A DNA stretch of 64,000 nucleotides from Pelomyxa schiedti. Its lineage: Eukaryota; Protista; Evosea. The notes under the pieces were generated by a model, which saw only the letters and a program-made list of their open reading frames with translations, had not been told where the DNA came from and did no database searches. A program made the translations under genes and the position numbers. This document shows positions 1-13,198 of the stretch, in pieces; within the stretch, counting starts at the first letter, position 1; every line of letters starts with the position of its first letter. The DNA is taken from NCBI GenBank assembly GCA_020536535.1, contig JAHLWZ010000822.1, positions 1 to 64,000 on the forward strand, given 5' to 3'.

Positions 1-1448
1 CAACGAGAGGGTTCTTATTCTGATCTTGGTTGGCGTTTTGAGGCATATGCTGCTTGGGACCGGCAAGTGCTGCATCGTGACGAGACTCGTAGTCGAGGCC
101 AGCAGCTCCAACAGGCTGAGGCTGAGGTGGTGGTACTGTGGCAATTGTGATTGTGCCTGAGGAGCCTGTGACAGAAGTGACCGTTGTGGTGATCGCTTTT
201 GGATTTCGGCTTCTGCAGAAGGGGAATCAGACTTTTCCACACTTCTTTGACTTAGTTGATGATTCTGAGGAGGTCGCTGTGAGGGTGATGTCACACGAGG
301 AGGAGGAAGAACTTGAACTGGTTGAACTTGCTGCTTCTGTTTTTCCTCCAGTGATGGTGATGGTTGTGGGAGCTCTTTGGTTTTTCTTTTTCAGAGTTTG
401 AAAACATTTTCACACTCTGCCGGTGGTGTGTCATGATGAAGAACTCGCAACGGCCGTAGCGGTGCTACTGCCGTTGGGTGTTGTTGTGATGGTGGTGGAA
501 TCCGAGATTCAGATTCAACTTCTGCACTTTCCTTCCAATTCTCACTCGCCTTCTCGCGGTGGATCACAACCACAGGCTGGAGACGTCCCATGGCGGCGTC
601 CAGCGCTGCACTACAGTCATTGTGGGTCTCGAAAGAAATAAACACCTGATTGCTGTCTCTTTCCCTGGCAGCAAGCAAAAAAGAGAGAGAAAATTTCAAA
701 ATCAGCTTGTGGCTATTGTGGAAGTGCAATGTATGAAATGAAATTGGTCCATAGAGAGAAAGAAATGAAATACTCACACGTTATTAAACATTGAGGCAAC
801 TTCTTTGGCTGTTAGATCTGACAAATGTGTGCAAACAATTGTCTTGTATCTATCTTTCCCCGTCTCCTTGTCGTAGCAACTTGCCCAATTGTAACAGTTG
901 ACGGCTTTTGCAATTTTGGGATCCTCTGATTTTGCTGAGAGAATGAGAGGCGGGGGAACAACTCTACTGCGAGGAGGCGCCGCACGAGGAGAAGTCTGCA
1001 GTTGCGAGATTGACTTTGAATGGTGCCTGATGTACCGCATTACGTTGGAGCTGGAGCGGGAGGGAGCACTGATTATGGGAGGAGCTCCTACGCGGTGAGG
1101 AGGCAGTGCAAATGCAGAGGCGCAACAAAAACCAGAAGCAGACGAGGCGGAGGTGGTCGTGCTCGTAGTCGCCCTCGTGGTCGGCACCATCGGCCACGCC
1201 GGAGTAGTCGTCGGCGTGGGCAGCAGCCCGCCCCCGCAGCGGCCCCCACCGAAAACAACAGGGGGAGGGGGAGCAGGGGGTGTGGCCAGGAGGCCAGCCC
1301 CGTCACCCAATGCACCCACTCCATAGCCCCTCCCTACCTCAGGAGCACCACCGCGCCCGGCCCCCACCAACGACGGAGGGGGCGCACCAAACACCGACGG
1401 CACGTGATATGAATGGAAACGTTCTCCCCTACCCCCCGGCGCCCACAT
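1..1448 (-). CDS. Multi-exon low-complexity protein with a probable RRM-like domain; 3' end lies outside the window
   Basis: ATG at 1448 (MWAPGG...) opens a Gly/Pro-rich exon. RNP2-like TIVCTHL(SDLTAKEVASMF) precedes a GT donor near 777, and RNP1-like QVFISFETHNDCSAAL lies in the next exon. Ser/His-rich coding continues toward position 1. Confidence 0.5.
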
Positions 1449-1714
1449 CGTCTTCTCTTGGGTACTTTTTTTGGGTCTTCTTCTAAAAAAAGGCCTCAGC
1501 TCCGCCCCAGTTCTCCGGTAATTTTCTCCCAAATCGCCAAACATTTCCCAAAAACTAAAAGAAAGTGACACCTAAAATGTAACATAAAATAAAAAAAACC
1601 AACCAGGCAGGCGGTGGTTTCGCGGTCGCTCGGTGTGCCCGGCGAACGGACGTGCTCAAAAAAACCAACTTCGAAGGTACAACATTAATTTCCAACCACA
1701 CCCCATACAACAAC

Positions 1715-1820
1715 CACTTTCCCGATTTTAAATTCCCTATCACTAAACTAGTACTGTTTAGGTCACTCTAGGGTCTACTACAACAACATTTTCGGCGCGG
1801 ACTTCTTCTCCATCCACAAC
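1715..1820. repeat. 106-bp direct repeat, copy 1
   Basis: CACTTTCCCGATTTTAAATTCCC...CTTCTCCATCCACAAC is identical to 2780-2885 except for one T/C mismatch (GTACTGTTTAGG vs GTACTGCTTAGG). Confidence 0.95.
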
Positions 1821-2109
1821 CTCTCTCCACTCTCCTACATGAAATTTAGCATCCCCACTTTCATGAAAACTCTACTCCCTTCTTCTCACCTCCTATCCCT
1901 CCTCTAACAACCTATCTCTATGTACAAACTCTCACTCATGAATTACATCAGTCAACATGATTTTTGCACCATTCTCCATCCACACTCTACATGAATTTCA
2001 ACCCCTTCAACCACTTCACACATGAATTTAACCCCTTCTAACCTCTCATCCGATTTTGAAGTCAATTCCACAGGTTCCAACTGGAAATTTCCTTCTTTTT
2101 ACTAATATT

Positions 2110-2696
2110 GGGACTCACACTAAAAAATTCGTTTTGATGAATCAGAGTGTTGTTCTCAGTCGGGGGTGGATGGAAAAATCTGCTCTTTTGGATTTAGCTG
2201 GCCCAAAGGGTGGACCAGAAAATGTGCTTGGTCCTGCAGCAGTCTCTGTGCCCTGAAGGGAGAAAGGAATTTTTTTTGCCCAAAAGTGCCCTGGTCCAGA
2301 AAAAAAAAAATCCGGTCCGGAAAAATAATTCTTTTTTTCTGTGAAATAAACACACATGCAGCAGGCACAGAGGACATTAAATGTGCATGGCAATGCTGTT
2401 GTAGTCACCCATAACAAGTTGTACTGAGATGGCACAGTGTCTCTCTGGAGGTGACTTGTCCTCAGTGTGACGTTGACTCAATACCTTGGTTTTAAGTCAT
2501 TACTGTTGCTGGTTGTGACAATAATATTGAGTTGTCCATGTTACAACAAGCTCTGACAACCACATGCCTCACACCCTGTGACAAAACCGCAGGCCACAGA
2601 AATTCACAGAAAAAAAGTATTTTTTTTCCGGACCGGATTTTTTCCCCTGGACCAGATTTTCGTTTTTTGGACCAAAAACCCCCTAGTGTGAGTCCC
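2110..2696. mobile_element. Non-autonomous MITE-like element with terminal and asymmetric subterminal inverted repeats
   Basis: Perfect TIR GGGACTCACACTA (2110-2122) / TAGTGTGAGTCCC (2684-2696), extendable by TT/AA. A second ~55-bp imperfect inverted repeat pairs 2291-2345 with 2603-2655 (CTGGTCCAG..AAAAAATCCGGTCCGGAAAAA..TTTTTTTCTGTGAA). No credible ORF inside. Confidence 0.75.
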
Positions 2697-2779
2697 AAAT
2701 ATCTCTATTAGGTTTTTACAGCCGGAATTGGAGAAGATGAATTTCGAGATTGGGGCTCTCTGCTTCTAAAAGTTGTGTG

Positions 2780-2885
2780 CACTTTCCCGATTTTAAATTC
2801 CCTATCACTAAACTAGTACTGCTTAGGTCACTCTAGGGTCTACTACAACAACATTTTCGGCGCGGACTTCTTCTCCATCCACAAC
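2780..2885. repeat. 106-bp direct repeat, copy 2
   Basis: Matches 1715-1820 with one mismatch. Confidence 0.95.
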
Positions 2886-3115
2886 TCCTAAATACAAAAA
2901 ATCCCGCCTCCATCAGTTTCAAAATCCTCCACCAAAGGCAAAACTTTCAAAAGAATCAAGTGCGGTATCCCACTGGATACTTGTAGTAAGAATAAAAGAG
3001 CCTTGGTGTGTTAGGACAGGCACACGATGACTAGTATTTGACACCACAACCAACCATCGCTCGGTCGATGTAAAGATTAAAACAACTTGGCATTATTTTT
3101 TCTTATGGCTGATAT

Positions 3116-5574
3116 TTATGAAGTTGTCAAAGAGTTAGGTGCTGTGCAGGGGTTTAATGCCTCTGCAGGAATCTTTCCCTGTGCCTGTGAGTAGATTGGA
3201 ATTCCACCAAACAAGAAAACAAAAGTATGGAGACTGACCTTGAGTCTGTTGAAGGATTCCATAGCAGCATCGTGATTCCACTGGGCACTTTGCAAACACT
3301 GCAGGGCGTAACACTCAAGTAAGTTGGTGTCCTGCATCAGCTGTGCCAGCATTATGGGCGATCCTGTTGCCGGTGCCTTCAAAACCAACATTGAGGGGTC
3401 AGAGCAAAAGTGCAGTTGGTCATTGATAATCACTTGCGGCCAGCTTCTGGATATAATTTAGTGTAAATAAGCACTGTGGGATGATAAGAGGAGTTGACCC
3501 AGGGGATAATGCATTTGGGTTGCGAGCTAGTAAGAATGTTCTGGTAAACGCGAAGCTGTGATCTCCTGAATATTCTAAATGAATTCGTGTGAAGAAAGAA
3601 GAGAAACACACTCACTGAAACCAGGCCATAAACTTGAACGCACATCACGGGTGCCGGGCACAGTGAAGTGAGGATGTACGCATCCATAGTAAAATTGGCG
3701 AGAGAGTGCGTGGTTGCGGGAAGAGAATTAAGATATCGGCATATCTGTTGGGTACCGTGCAGCAGTGTGGGACTTTGCTTATCTTACTCAAAATGGTGAG
3801 AGACGGGGAGAAAAGAGAAAAGAAGACACCTTTGGGGCAGAAGTACAGATTTCTGTTCATTTCCCCGAATATATCCTCAGCCGGTGTACTATGAATGACG
3901 CGGGGTATCTTCAGGTTAGCTTCTGATGCAAGTCAATCAGAGGTATATACCCCCGAGTGTCCACTGAGAAAAGAGATGTGTCCACGTAAGCGCCTAACAA
4001 TGTGTCACGGGAATGATCAAATGCGTCAAAGTATCTACACAACACACTAGTTTAACCTAAGCAAAGGCAAGACGAACAAACCGTCTCATGAATGAGGTGG
4101 CTGCATCAGAGGTTTCACTTGTGTCTCGGTAGTTTGGAATACACTCAGGGAGTTGTACACCAGTTGTGATGAATGCCGGTAAGTTGAAGGAGCGTAGCAT
4201 TTTGACTTCAACGCCATCAAGAAACCGCAAATGCGGAAATTTGCGCTCAACCTCGCTGTCCAAGAAGAAGTTAAAATAGTAGCTCTAAATATCGCGTAAA
4301 GAATACCTTCGGTAATTCAGTAATCCCGAAACAGGGTTCTCACGCAGGTCAAGTTCTCTCACCCTCGCATTTCTGAGGTGTTCCAAGTCACTCATTTCAG
4401 AAATTGAATTATCTTTTTGTGAAATTAGTTGAGGTGCAGGAATTTTGGAATTTCGTATTCACTTCTCAAGGAAAAGTTCTTTAGATCTCTGAGAAATATT
4501 ATGGCACTGAGACTGAACCCAGCAAGAGAGCAAATGTTGTTTCCTTCCAAGGAGATAGTTTCTATCTATATTATTAAAACTCGGCGAGGAGGTTTATAGT
4601 GAATAATGTACCTGAGGGCATTCTTTTCGAGCAACCAGCCACAGAGTGGAGTACATAGTGATCGTATTCAAGTCAACTTGATCCCTGCAATTTGGTCAAA
4701 ATCAATAGCTTTTTAACAATAGGCCCATACAAAGTGAATTTGTGTTGAAGCGAAGAAAGATCCAAAAACTTGGAACCAGGTAGATATGATGCCTTTACCA
4801 ACTGTGTCAAAGAGTTCTCCTAGCAAGGATAAGGTTAAAGGTGAAAGTAGGGCTCATAGCCAGAGGGAAACCAGGGAAATGGCTCTTTTGGCATTTTCCC
4901 TTTTCAGTGCTGAAGAGACAACAGTTATCTTCAACTAATGAAGGAAATATGGAAGGGATCAACATTAAAGTAGAAAGTCAACAAAAAACCGGTGTGGTTT
5001 TGAAGACAGTCCCACTAAATGCTGCCAGATCATTGGCTTCTTTCAGTGATGGAACTGAAAAAGAGAGTTTGCGAGGTGCTATCATCTTGACCTAAATTTT
5101 TGTTTGTGTAATTCATTGTACTTCAGAATTGTCTTGGCACACATTGGAGAATGGAATTGGCTTGGGGAGCTTCGATTTCAGAAAAGTAACTAATTCAGAC
5201 GCTGAGGCTCCAAATTGGAAGCAACTCACCTTTGAATCGTCATCATAATTCATAAACCAACACTAACACAAACTCACTTCAATGTAGGTCAAAGATTCAT
5301 CCAACCTGCATAAAAACCAAAGAATTTGGCAAAAAGTACAGTCAGATTAGTTTGAAGAGCAAATAGTGAGTTATCACATCGAGGTTCCGCAGCTGTTGCT
5401 GCCTGAGTTGTTCCACTCTCTTTTAACTTTCTTCCCTTTTTTCACACCCCACGTGAGACACCAGTCCAAGCAAGGGGCACCCACAATTTTTTTTTTAACG
5501 AACGCGAGGCAACCTCTAACATGCGGGGCAACTACTGTGGTGTCCTTGACATTACGGCGTTGGCTGGGTCTCAT
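3116..5574 (-). CDS. NXF1: Nuclear mRNA export factor NXF1/TAP/Mex67 (RRM-like, LRR, NTF2-like and TAP-C/UBA domains); start approximate
   Basis: LRR exons (ELDLRENP; KFPHLRFLDG), NTF2-like segments (FMRR..., HSFAFTRTFLL, IINDQLHF), and C-terminal TAP-C motif LMQDTNLLECYALQCLQSAQWNHDAAMESFNRLK..GKIPAEA. Confidence 0.88.
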
Positions 5575-5647
5575 CTACTACGAGCCGCCAATTAAACAGT
5601 TTCTCGGAAGTAATTCAGTTAATAATCGATTGATTGAGTGGCAAGGT

Positions 5648-6727
5648 TTAATGGTGATGAGAACGTCGGTTGTGGGGATTCCTGTGAGGAGGCGTTGGCC
5701 TCTCCTCCTCGTTGTCATCTCCGTCGTTGTGTCCGCTGTCATTGTTTGGGTTGGTTTGATCGTTGATAAAGTCAGGAATGGTCTTGGCATCAGCGGTGGG
5801 GCGGCCGTTCTCGTCTGTGGGAAGCCTCTGCACGTTGAAAGCACAGAATACTGCTACCCACTTGGAGTCGTCGTTTCCTCTGGGGTTTTGGATCAGAACA
5901 ATGAAGCAGTGGCAAGAGGGGAAACAAACCGGGCAAAGATGCAACCATCCTGGAAAGTTCCATTGTCCTTGTCCCAGTTACCTGAGGCGTTTCCTTGGTT
6001 CATGTGTATATCTATGGGGAGAGGAATCATTTAACAAATGGAGTCTTAACTGAGAGTACTATTTACCATGGATTCCATTGTTACTACTGTACGGCTGCCC
6101 AAATAGCCATATGCGAGGATCGGCGCCAAGGCCTTCCAGAGCACGAGTTATCTGGCTCCCCATTGCCGTCGGTGCAGTTGACTTCATGTCAGCCCAGTTA
6201 AAAGCCTGGTAGAGGCCGTCGCTGTCATCACACATTCCTCGGAAGTAATCCAGGCGGTTTGTTTTCTCTGTGAGTCTTTTTGCCCACACGCCATCTTCGT
6301 CGCATTGCTTCTCAACAGCCTGCAGCACTTCAACTACTGAGGCGGCCTCCTTCACTCCAGACTGTAGGTAGTCATCATACACAACAGTCCAGTTGTTTGA
6401 CTTGTCAAATGACTGCAAATTAATGGCACAGTCCCAACCCTGACTTAGAGAGAGATGAAGGTGTGGTCCATTTCCAGACTTTTTGACCCACGTCTTGAGT
6501 AGAGCACCAACAAAGACAGTATACTGCAGTCCAACGGGAGCTCTCCTGGCCATTGTCATTGGTTCTGCCATAAGTCCAGCTTCTGGGGTAGTTACCGCCA
6601 GTTGGGGTAACTCGCCTGCTGGCTCTGTAAGATGCGCTTCTGGAGGATTGAGCTGCGGTAATGCTGCGGCAGAGTCTGAAAAATCTCTTGCACAAGGGCC
6701 AATCTGCAGGCGCCTCTGCTGGTGCAT
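5648..6727 (-). CDS. YukJ/DUF2278-family domain, probably the C-terminal part of the large upstream gene
   Basis: Spliced product carries the DUF2278 motifs PHLHL, AINLQS, LDYFRG, IWLFGQPY, NGIH|DIHMNQGNASGNWDKDNGTFQDG and KWVAVFCAFNVQRLPTDENGRP. Two GT-AG introns (~6010-6066 and ~5883-5929) join these in frame. Confidence 0.85.
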
Positions 6728-9700
6728 TTGTACTGAAACAAGATTATATAATTGTCGGGAAATTTATAATTTCTTACTTTCATTGTGCATCACAACATAG
6801 TAATCAGACCATCCACCCTTAAATTACCTCAGGGAAAATATATTGGGAATTTGTAAGTCATACATGTCTGAGCCTGACGAGGTTGTACTGTTCAAACGCA
6901 GGTGCCTTGCTGTCAAGGGGACTCAACATTGTTTTGAGATCACAGCAATTAAATGAAAGCATATTTGGTCCCCACCCGAGTCTAAACAGTTTCATAATGT
7001 TGAGGAGGTCAGATATTTTGAATGACTCTGCTATCTGACAAGATATTAACAGGAAGGAAGGCCAACAGAAAGGAAGAGGACCCGCAAAATTGCCTCAGAA
7101 CCATCAGGGAAATTTGCTATGTAGTTATACGCCTGTAAGACTACATTTGCAGGCGTGGGCTTCACAGTTTTGGCAAACCTTTCTATCGGTTTGTCGAAAG
7201 GCCATCCCTGCGGGCTGCAATTTGAAGCCCATGGGTGACCACTGAGGCGACCATCAGGTGAAGCAGCTTGTACTTTGGCGAGACCCACATAATTTTCATT
7301 TGATCCAGTACCCGCATGGAAAATGAAGTCGACGCTGCATAAACTTAAATTTGTGCTAGGGGGCGGGGCAGAAATATTACTTGTACTTAGTCTTCTTCTC
7401 CTCCCTGAGGGCCAATATGCATGGCTCTTTCGATGCTTCATTGAATGTATTGATAACCACATTGGATAGCCACACTGCAATGTCATTGAGCTCTTGCTTT
7501 GCTGGGGACAGTGTTTGTCCGAATTTAGGTAAACTTAGCACAATTTCTCTCAAATTGGACAGTCTTTCCCTTTCTTTCCTGTGAGGGATTGTTACAGTAC
7601 AGAATTAGGAAGGTAGTGATACTTCAAAGCCATCTCATTCTGTTCAAAGCCCTCGTAAGGGAAGAACGGGGGAGGTAGGGTGCCTTCTCCCCAATTTCCA
7701 ATCAAGCAATGTAGAAGCTCACTAGTTCTTATTTTATTCAATGGCTGAATTTGAGTGAACAACAACAAAAAAAAAAACCTAAGAGGTATGACATACATCT
7801 GCGTAGCAAAGCTTGTAAACAGAATACAAGGAGTCAACTGTATTGGCAAATGCAGCCCAAAATACCATCACAATATGGTACTTTGCTCCACCATTAGTCA
7901 AGTCTCTGTGTGAATTTTGACAGCCAGCAATAAATGCAGACAACAAGGGTGAGGGACAAACCTAGTATACCAAAAGTGAGTCAATAGAACTCCTTTTCGC
8001 TACACACATCTTTAAGGTTACCAAGGCCTCCCATGATAAACTGAAGTTTTCTAATGCATAAAAGTTTGAAGTGATGTGCATAACATCTTTTGAACTCGTC
8101 GAAAGTTTCAAATGAATCAGGGTCAGGCGTTTTAAATGACACAGTTTCACCATCAAGATTGAAAGCACCTTCAACTATTAATACGGAAACGATTGGTTGG
8201 ACGAAAATATACCTGCTCTTTGTATGCTGGATCCTCGGTTAAGTGTCCATTCCAATGGTCCCAGCAAACTTTCATACACAAAAGCGAGTTCTGGAATGGT
8301 CAGCTAAGGAGTACAGGGGAAAAAACTACAAATCGCTCACCAGTTTCTCCTTCGAAGACGGGCTCGTAGCACCCATCACAACAATAGTTTCTGGCAGCAG
8401 AATCAGGGAAAGTGGAAAGCCCCGATTTTACAGCAGCATCCTGAAGAGAATAAATTGTCTTTCAAACCACCATCACTACAAACCTTTAAAGCCGGGACAA
8501 TCTTGTCATCGTTGAATAACAGGGGGTTTGCACCACCACTGAGGAGGCATTTTGCCGCTTCCTTTAGGCACAGTTGTTGCATGTGGTTACCCTCCACTTC
8601 TTGCGTCAACCTAGTGCCAATGTGTTATACACATATATCATAACTTCCCACCTTAAACTGAGGCAAGGAGCAACAAGAGGAAGCATTCGAGACGCCCGTA
8701 GCATTAGTACAGTAAGAGGGTTGCATCCATCTACTTGCTTCTTTTTTAGGTATCCACCGAGCGTAACCTACATTTAATATTGTTTTAGCTTCGAAAGAAG
8801 TAAGGGGATGGTCACCTGTTGCACCCATTGGTTTACAGAAATACCGCCTGGAAATGGACCACTTGTATAGGGTACTAATAAAAGTGAGTCCTGGTTGCTT
8901 TTAAGGAACGAAACAACTCTACCTGCAACGCCCCCATAACTGCGATGCGTGGTTTGAACCCTTCTGCGATCAAGAAGGACAGGCTCCCCAATTTTCATCC
9001 AGAGGCTGCAGATAATGTCCTGTGCCCCAGATGGATATGCTTGATAGAAGGGAAGTAACACCTAAAATAAATCACACTAGGGAGCTGGCGACGCGGAAAT
9101 ACTCACTTGATCCAAGCGCCCAAGAGAACACGGGTCACCCTGAAGCATCAAACAAACATGAACGAAGAAAACAGACTGTGACGCATCCAGAAGAGTTTTG
9201 GGGGTCTCAAGAACAAGTCTGGATACCCGCTCAGCTATGAGCAGTAGGTTCTTGACTGTCACAGGGTCATTTGTTTTTGCCCGAGACGACCTTATTAGTG
9301 TAACTCACAAGTCCCTTCTACATGGATTTGGGAAAATACATTATTTGAAAAATGGCAAGCCTGGCATGGGCAAGGGCATATAACTGAATTCCTTCCAAGG
9401 AGTCCACAACACTTCGATGGAAATCTCTCTACAAAAAAGAAGGGGGTCAAACAGGGACTTGTAGCACATAATATACTTCATCTTGTTTCAGAGAAGACTG
9501 TTGTGCCAGGTGGAGATGTTGGCGTCTCAATCCCTCCCATCCTTTCTTGAGGTGCATTTTGTGTGATGGCACAATATGGCCAGAGGCAGATGTTTCATCA
9601 AGATTCCTGGTGGCGAATTGGTTTCTTTCTGAATCCGTAAGATACTCGATGACAACTTTGCCCATAGGGATGGCGGGGAGGTGTGGAATGTTTCCTACAA

Positions 9701-12700
9701 CGAATTCACGTGAGCTGAGACGGAATTGGTGGGCCATAATTCCATATTCCCCCACCTATGTCAGGAAAGTTTGTAATGTGTTGTCGCGACATAGGAAGAA
9801 GAGCTCAGGGAGTACCATTTGCATTCCCAGCGTCTCTTTGATTGCCATTCCTTTCCTCCTGGCAATACTTAAACTAGAGACAGTTTCTCCTCTGTAAGCA
9901 GAGAGTGGAGAAAGTAAAGGGGTAAATCTGGTTTTATACCAAGTGGAATTCCACTCCTTTCAAATTCAAATGAATAACTAAAACAGGGAGGTTTGGAAGT
10001 GCCTGAAATATGTTGCCCATGAGATCTAACACTTTTTCACTTGGCACACCAGGGGAAAAGGGGGCTTCTGTTTGACATGGATCTTTCACTGTTGCTTTGC
10101 CCTCGTGGCGGAAAAACAGCTTTTTGGACATTCTATGCATGTACTGAAAGTCGTTGTAGAAAAAGTAGGGATTTGCAAGGTAGTCTGTGTTTTCAGTAAG
10201 CCTCAAACGGTGAATATCGTAGTGCTTCTCGATTGGCGGGAAATCTCTATGAGTAATTACAGACTTTATACCAAGTTGCTCTTGGTTGGGGATATCTGAA
10301 CTGCCTAAAAAAGAAAACCGTTTCAAAGGGAAGAGACTTACACCACAATCCACCAAAGAGGGGTTTGACTGCCCTCATGAGGTTTGAGTCATGCATTTTT
10401 GAAGAAGATTCACTTTTCGCCAAAGATTCCAGAATTCTCTGAAACACACCAAAGGAATTGGCAAAAGAAATTATGTAGGCTCCATCTTCGAACCTTGTGA
10501 AATGGGAAAGAGAATAGGTGAGGGGGCGCCGTACTTTCGGTCTTGCATTTCGGGAGGTATTGCTGCCGAAGTTGCTCCCCACGTGATGGATTGGCGAAGC
10601 ATAGTTAGAACGTGTCCGAACCTGTTATTAGGAGTTAGAGAGAAGATTTCCATAACCAGACTTACTCATTTATAACCCTGCCTTTTTTCATGTGACTTGT
10701 GTCGTTGTTTGGATCATCAATGAGGCTGTTAGTGTTTTCCTTGCGTCCAATCATATCACCCAGAACTGCCTCCCGAATCTTCATTAAAGCGAAAATTCTT
10801 GTCCAATTCTTTCAGAAACACAATCAGTATTCAGGAAAAAAAGCTCAAAATGGCACACTATTTGAAAGCCTTGTGTCAAGCAGAAGGTGCCCCCAAAGCA
10901 ATCGCTGTATGGCTCATTTATGAGAACAAGGCGAGATAGGGACACAGGGTCACGTGGGTTGTTGAGCCCATCCAAAAAGTTTTCCCCAAGGACGAGATTC
11001 TTGTTCTTTGTGGCTACACCCTCTCTGTGTCACAATTAAATAGGAAGACAATATAATATTTTTTTTAGACATACTTGACGTTCTCGATGACAGCTTTGCT
11101 TCTCATTCCAGGTGGGACAGCATTGTGCTTTACAAGAAAATCCAAGGTTTCCTCCTTGGCTCGCTCCAAAGCCTCCAGCAACTTAGTGGCACAAAGTTTA
11201 TCAGCGCCTCTAAGGGAAAAGAACATGTCTTCATCAGTATCGATAAACTTGATCACAGGTTCAGCTGTATCAGGCCTAGTGGATATCGTGCCCGCCGGCA
11301 TGAGGAAAGGCTTCTCGATGTATGCCCCTTTGGGCTTATTAAGGATATTTTCTTGGAGGAACATGCCCAAGCTCATTCCACATACGAAGTCAGCTATACG
11401 CCGGTCCTGTACGGCAGGTGGTGAGTGAAACCTGTCCTAGAGTGCATGAAGATGGCTTACTGATATACTATTGAGCTTTTCGACTTTCCGCCAAACAGAG
11501 TGGGCAATATCAGATAAGAACTGACGCTTGACAGAGTTGGCAATATTGGGGTATTTGAGAGTAACAACAAATGTGCAAACTGGATCAAAATACAATAATC
11601 CACGTTGCATCTGTTGCCAGGGATGACAAGTTGCACATTTCACCTTGGCTGTTGATTTTCAAAAGTGTCACTCCTCATAGAAAAGCAACTGGGCATACGT
11701 TGCTCATAAGGTGTGTACATAATCATATGCATTTGCGCACGAGCAATGCAGTACTGGGACCATACATCGTAGGAGAATGGTACCAAGCTGAACTGTTTCT
11801 CGACTACCTGGTGGTGTTGAGAGAACTCCTCTGTCCTCACTTTTACTTCACTAACGTTATATCTGGAACAGTGTTAATTCTGAATTCTAAGATGAGAACC
11901 ATTACTTGGCGAAGGAAGAAAGACATTCTTTGGGGGTAGGAATCAAATTCCTGCATACTTCGTCACTATGGAAATCGACACCAGTCGAGTCAATTGGTGG
12001 AAAGGTTAGCACCAAGGCAAGGGTTACCAGCCCTTGATATATCTGAATCTTGAGTAAAAATTGCCCAAGTTTTTCTTATTTTAAAGAAGATATCATCACC
12101 TTCAGGTCTGATGACTGCTGATCCATTGGCTCGGTTTGCCCCTTCGATCTCAAAGCAGAGACCTGTAACTTGGCCAGTGATACAGTGACCTTATCTCTTG
12201 CTTGGAAGAATTTCTTGCGACCTTGTTTCAAGAGCAGGTACGCAGCTAATACAAAGTTAAGGAGAAATAAAGAAAAACCCACTCAACCAAGGGAGTAGCA
12301 CAAATTCCGAGCATAGTCTCCATCGCTTAGCTTGTCATCAGGGTACTCAGACAACTGCGATATCAGCAAAGCCCTCGGCGGTAAAGGCGGTGTTAGGCAC
12401 TCGTCCAAACGAGACACAACACAAACTGCAGTGTGGTACCAAGCCCACGCCTCAGATGTGGGGTCCTTTAAGGGCACAGTGCGGGTCTCAAGTGCCCTTA
12501 GTTCTTGTCGCAGTGCTTCGAAGCTAAGATCTGTGCCGGTATGACCGTTTATTGATCAATTAATCAGGCGGTTTATTTATTTGTTATAACACGAGGCAAG
12601 CGCCGGGTTTGAGGCAGGGGAGTGATGCCATTGTTCAGGGGTCGTGGAAGGGCGAAAAACAAAGGGCGAGGTGACCCTTCACCCAACGAAAGGACAAAAA

Positions 12701-12736
12701 CACACCAGCTGCAGGGGGAGTCGCCGCTGTGGCCAT
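6728..12736 (-). CDS. Large multi-exon protein of unknown function (well over 1000 aa); start uncertain (ATG at ~12736 or ~12631)
   Basis: A continuous chain of minus-strand exon ORFs (12283-12530, 12076-12250, 11640-11840, 11437-11600, 11065-11400, 9934-10300, 9447-9755, 8774-9061, 8403-8609, 7962-8174, 7046-7350 etc.) is bounded by GT/AG sites with no intergenic-size gap. No recognisable domain apart from the terminal DUF2278. Confidence 0.6.
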
Positions 12737-13198
12737 AGTAGATTCGGCAGTCGTCGTAGCCATTGTACTTCGATGACGGGTCTGTGTTCGTTTTGTCCTT
12801 CGAAAAGGCAGGTTTTTTCCCTTAAGCGAAACGAGAAGATTGCTTTACGAGAAGCAGCGAGTTTTGGTGTTGAGTGAGGTGGCGCAGTTGTATTTCCGGC
12901 CGCCTCCATACAGGTAAAATACTCAGAACCACTGCCCCAGCAGTTGGGTGGATTTTTTCTTTCCCTTCGAGGATTTTGGAGCCGATTCCTGTGGTAATTA
13001 ATTGTGTCAGCCCAAGAGCTCCCGTACTGTGACCTGGACAAAAGTGCATCTTATGTTCAGTTTGTTGATTTGGTCAAATATATTTGTTTGATTTGATGGT
13101 GTGGTTCTAGGACATTTTTTTTTCCCATCATGGGAGTATGTACAGCTTTATAACATGGAACCCAAAAAAAAAAAAAAGAAAACTCCAAATCCACAGCA

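Noticed and set aside
1618-1625. E2F-like TTTSGCGS motifs near several gene starts (also ~20023, ~31166, ~40601)
   Set aside because: Short and variable; enrichment cannot be established without genome-wide statistics.
1821-2055. Degenerate repeats as a possible ankyrin/LRR pseudogene on the minus strand
   Set aside because: Stops in the frames examined and no convincing motif.
1715-2885. CRISPR array or full LTR retrotransposon
   Set aside because: Only two long repeats with no spacer periodicity, no gag/pol ORF, and no TG..CA termini.
6728-12736. Fragmented ORFs as a pseudogene, viral insert or alternative genetic code
   Set aside because: The breaks examined coincide with GT..AG introns, and conserved genes elsewhere (Rab8, Mago, MAPK15) translate with the standard code.
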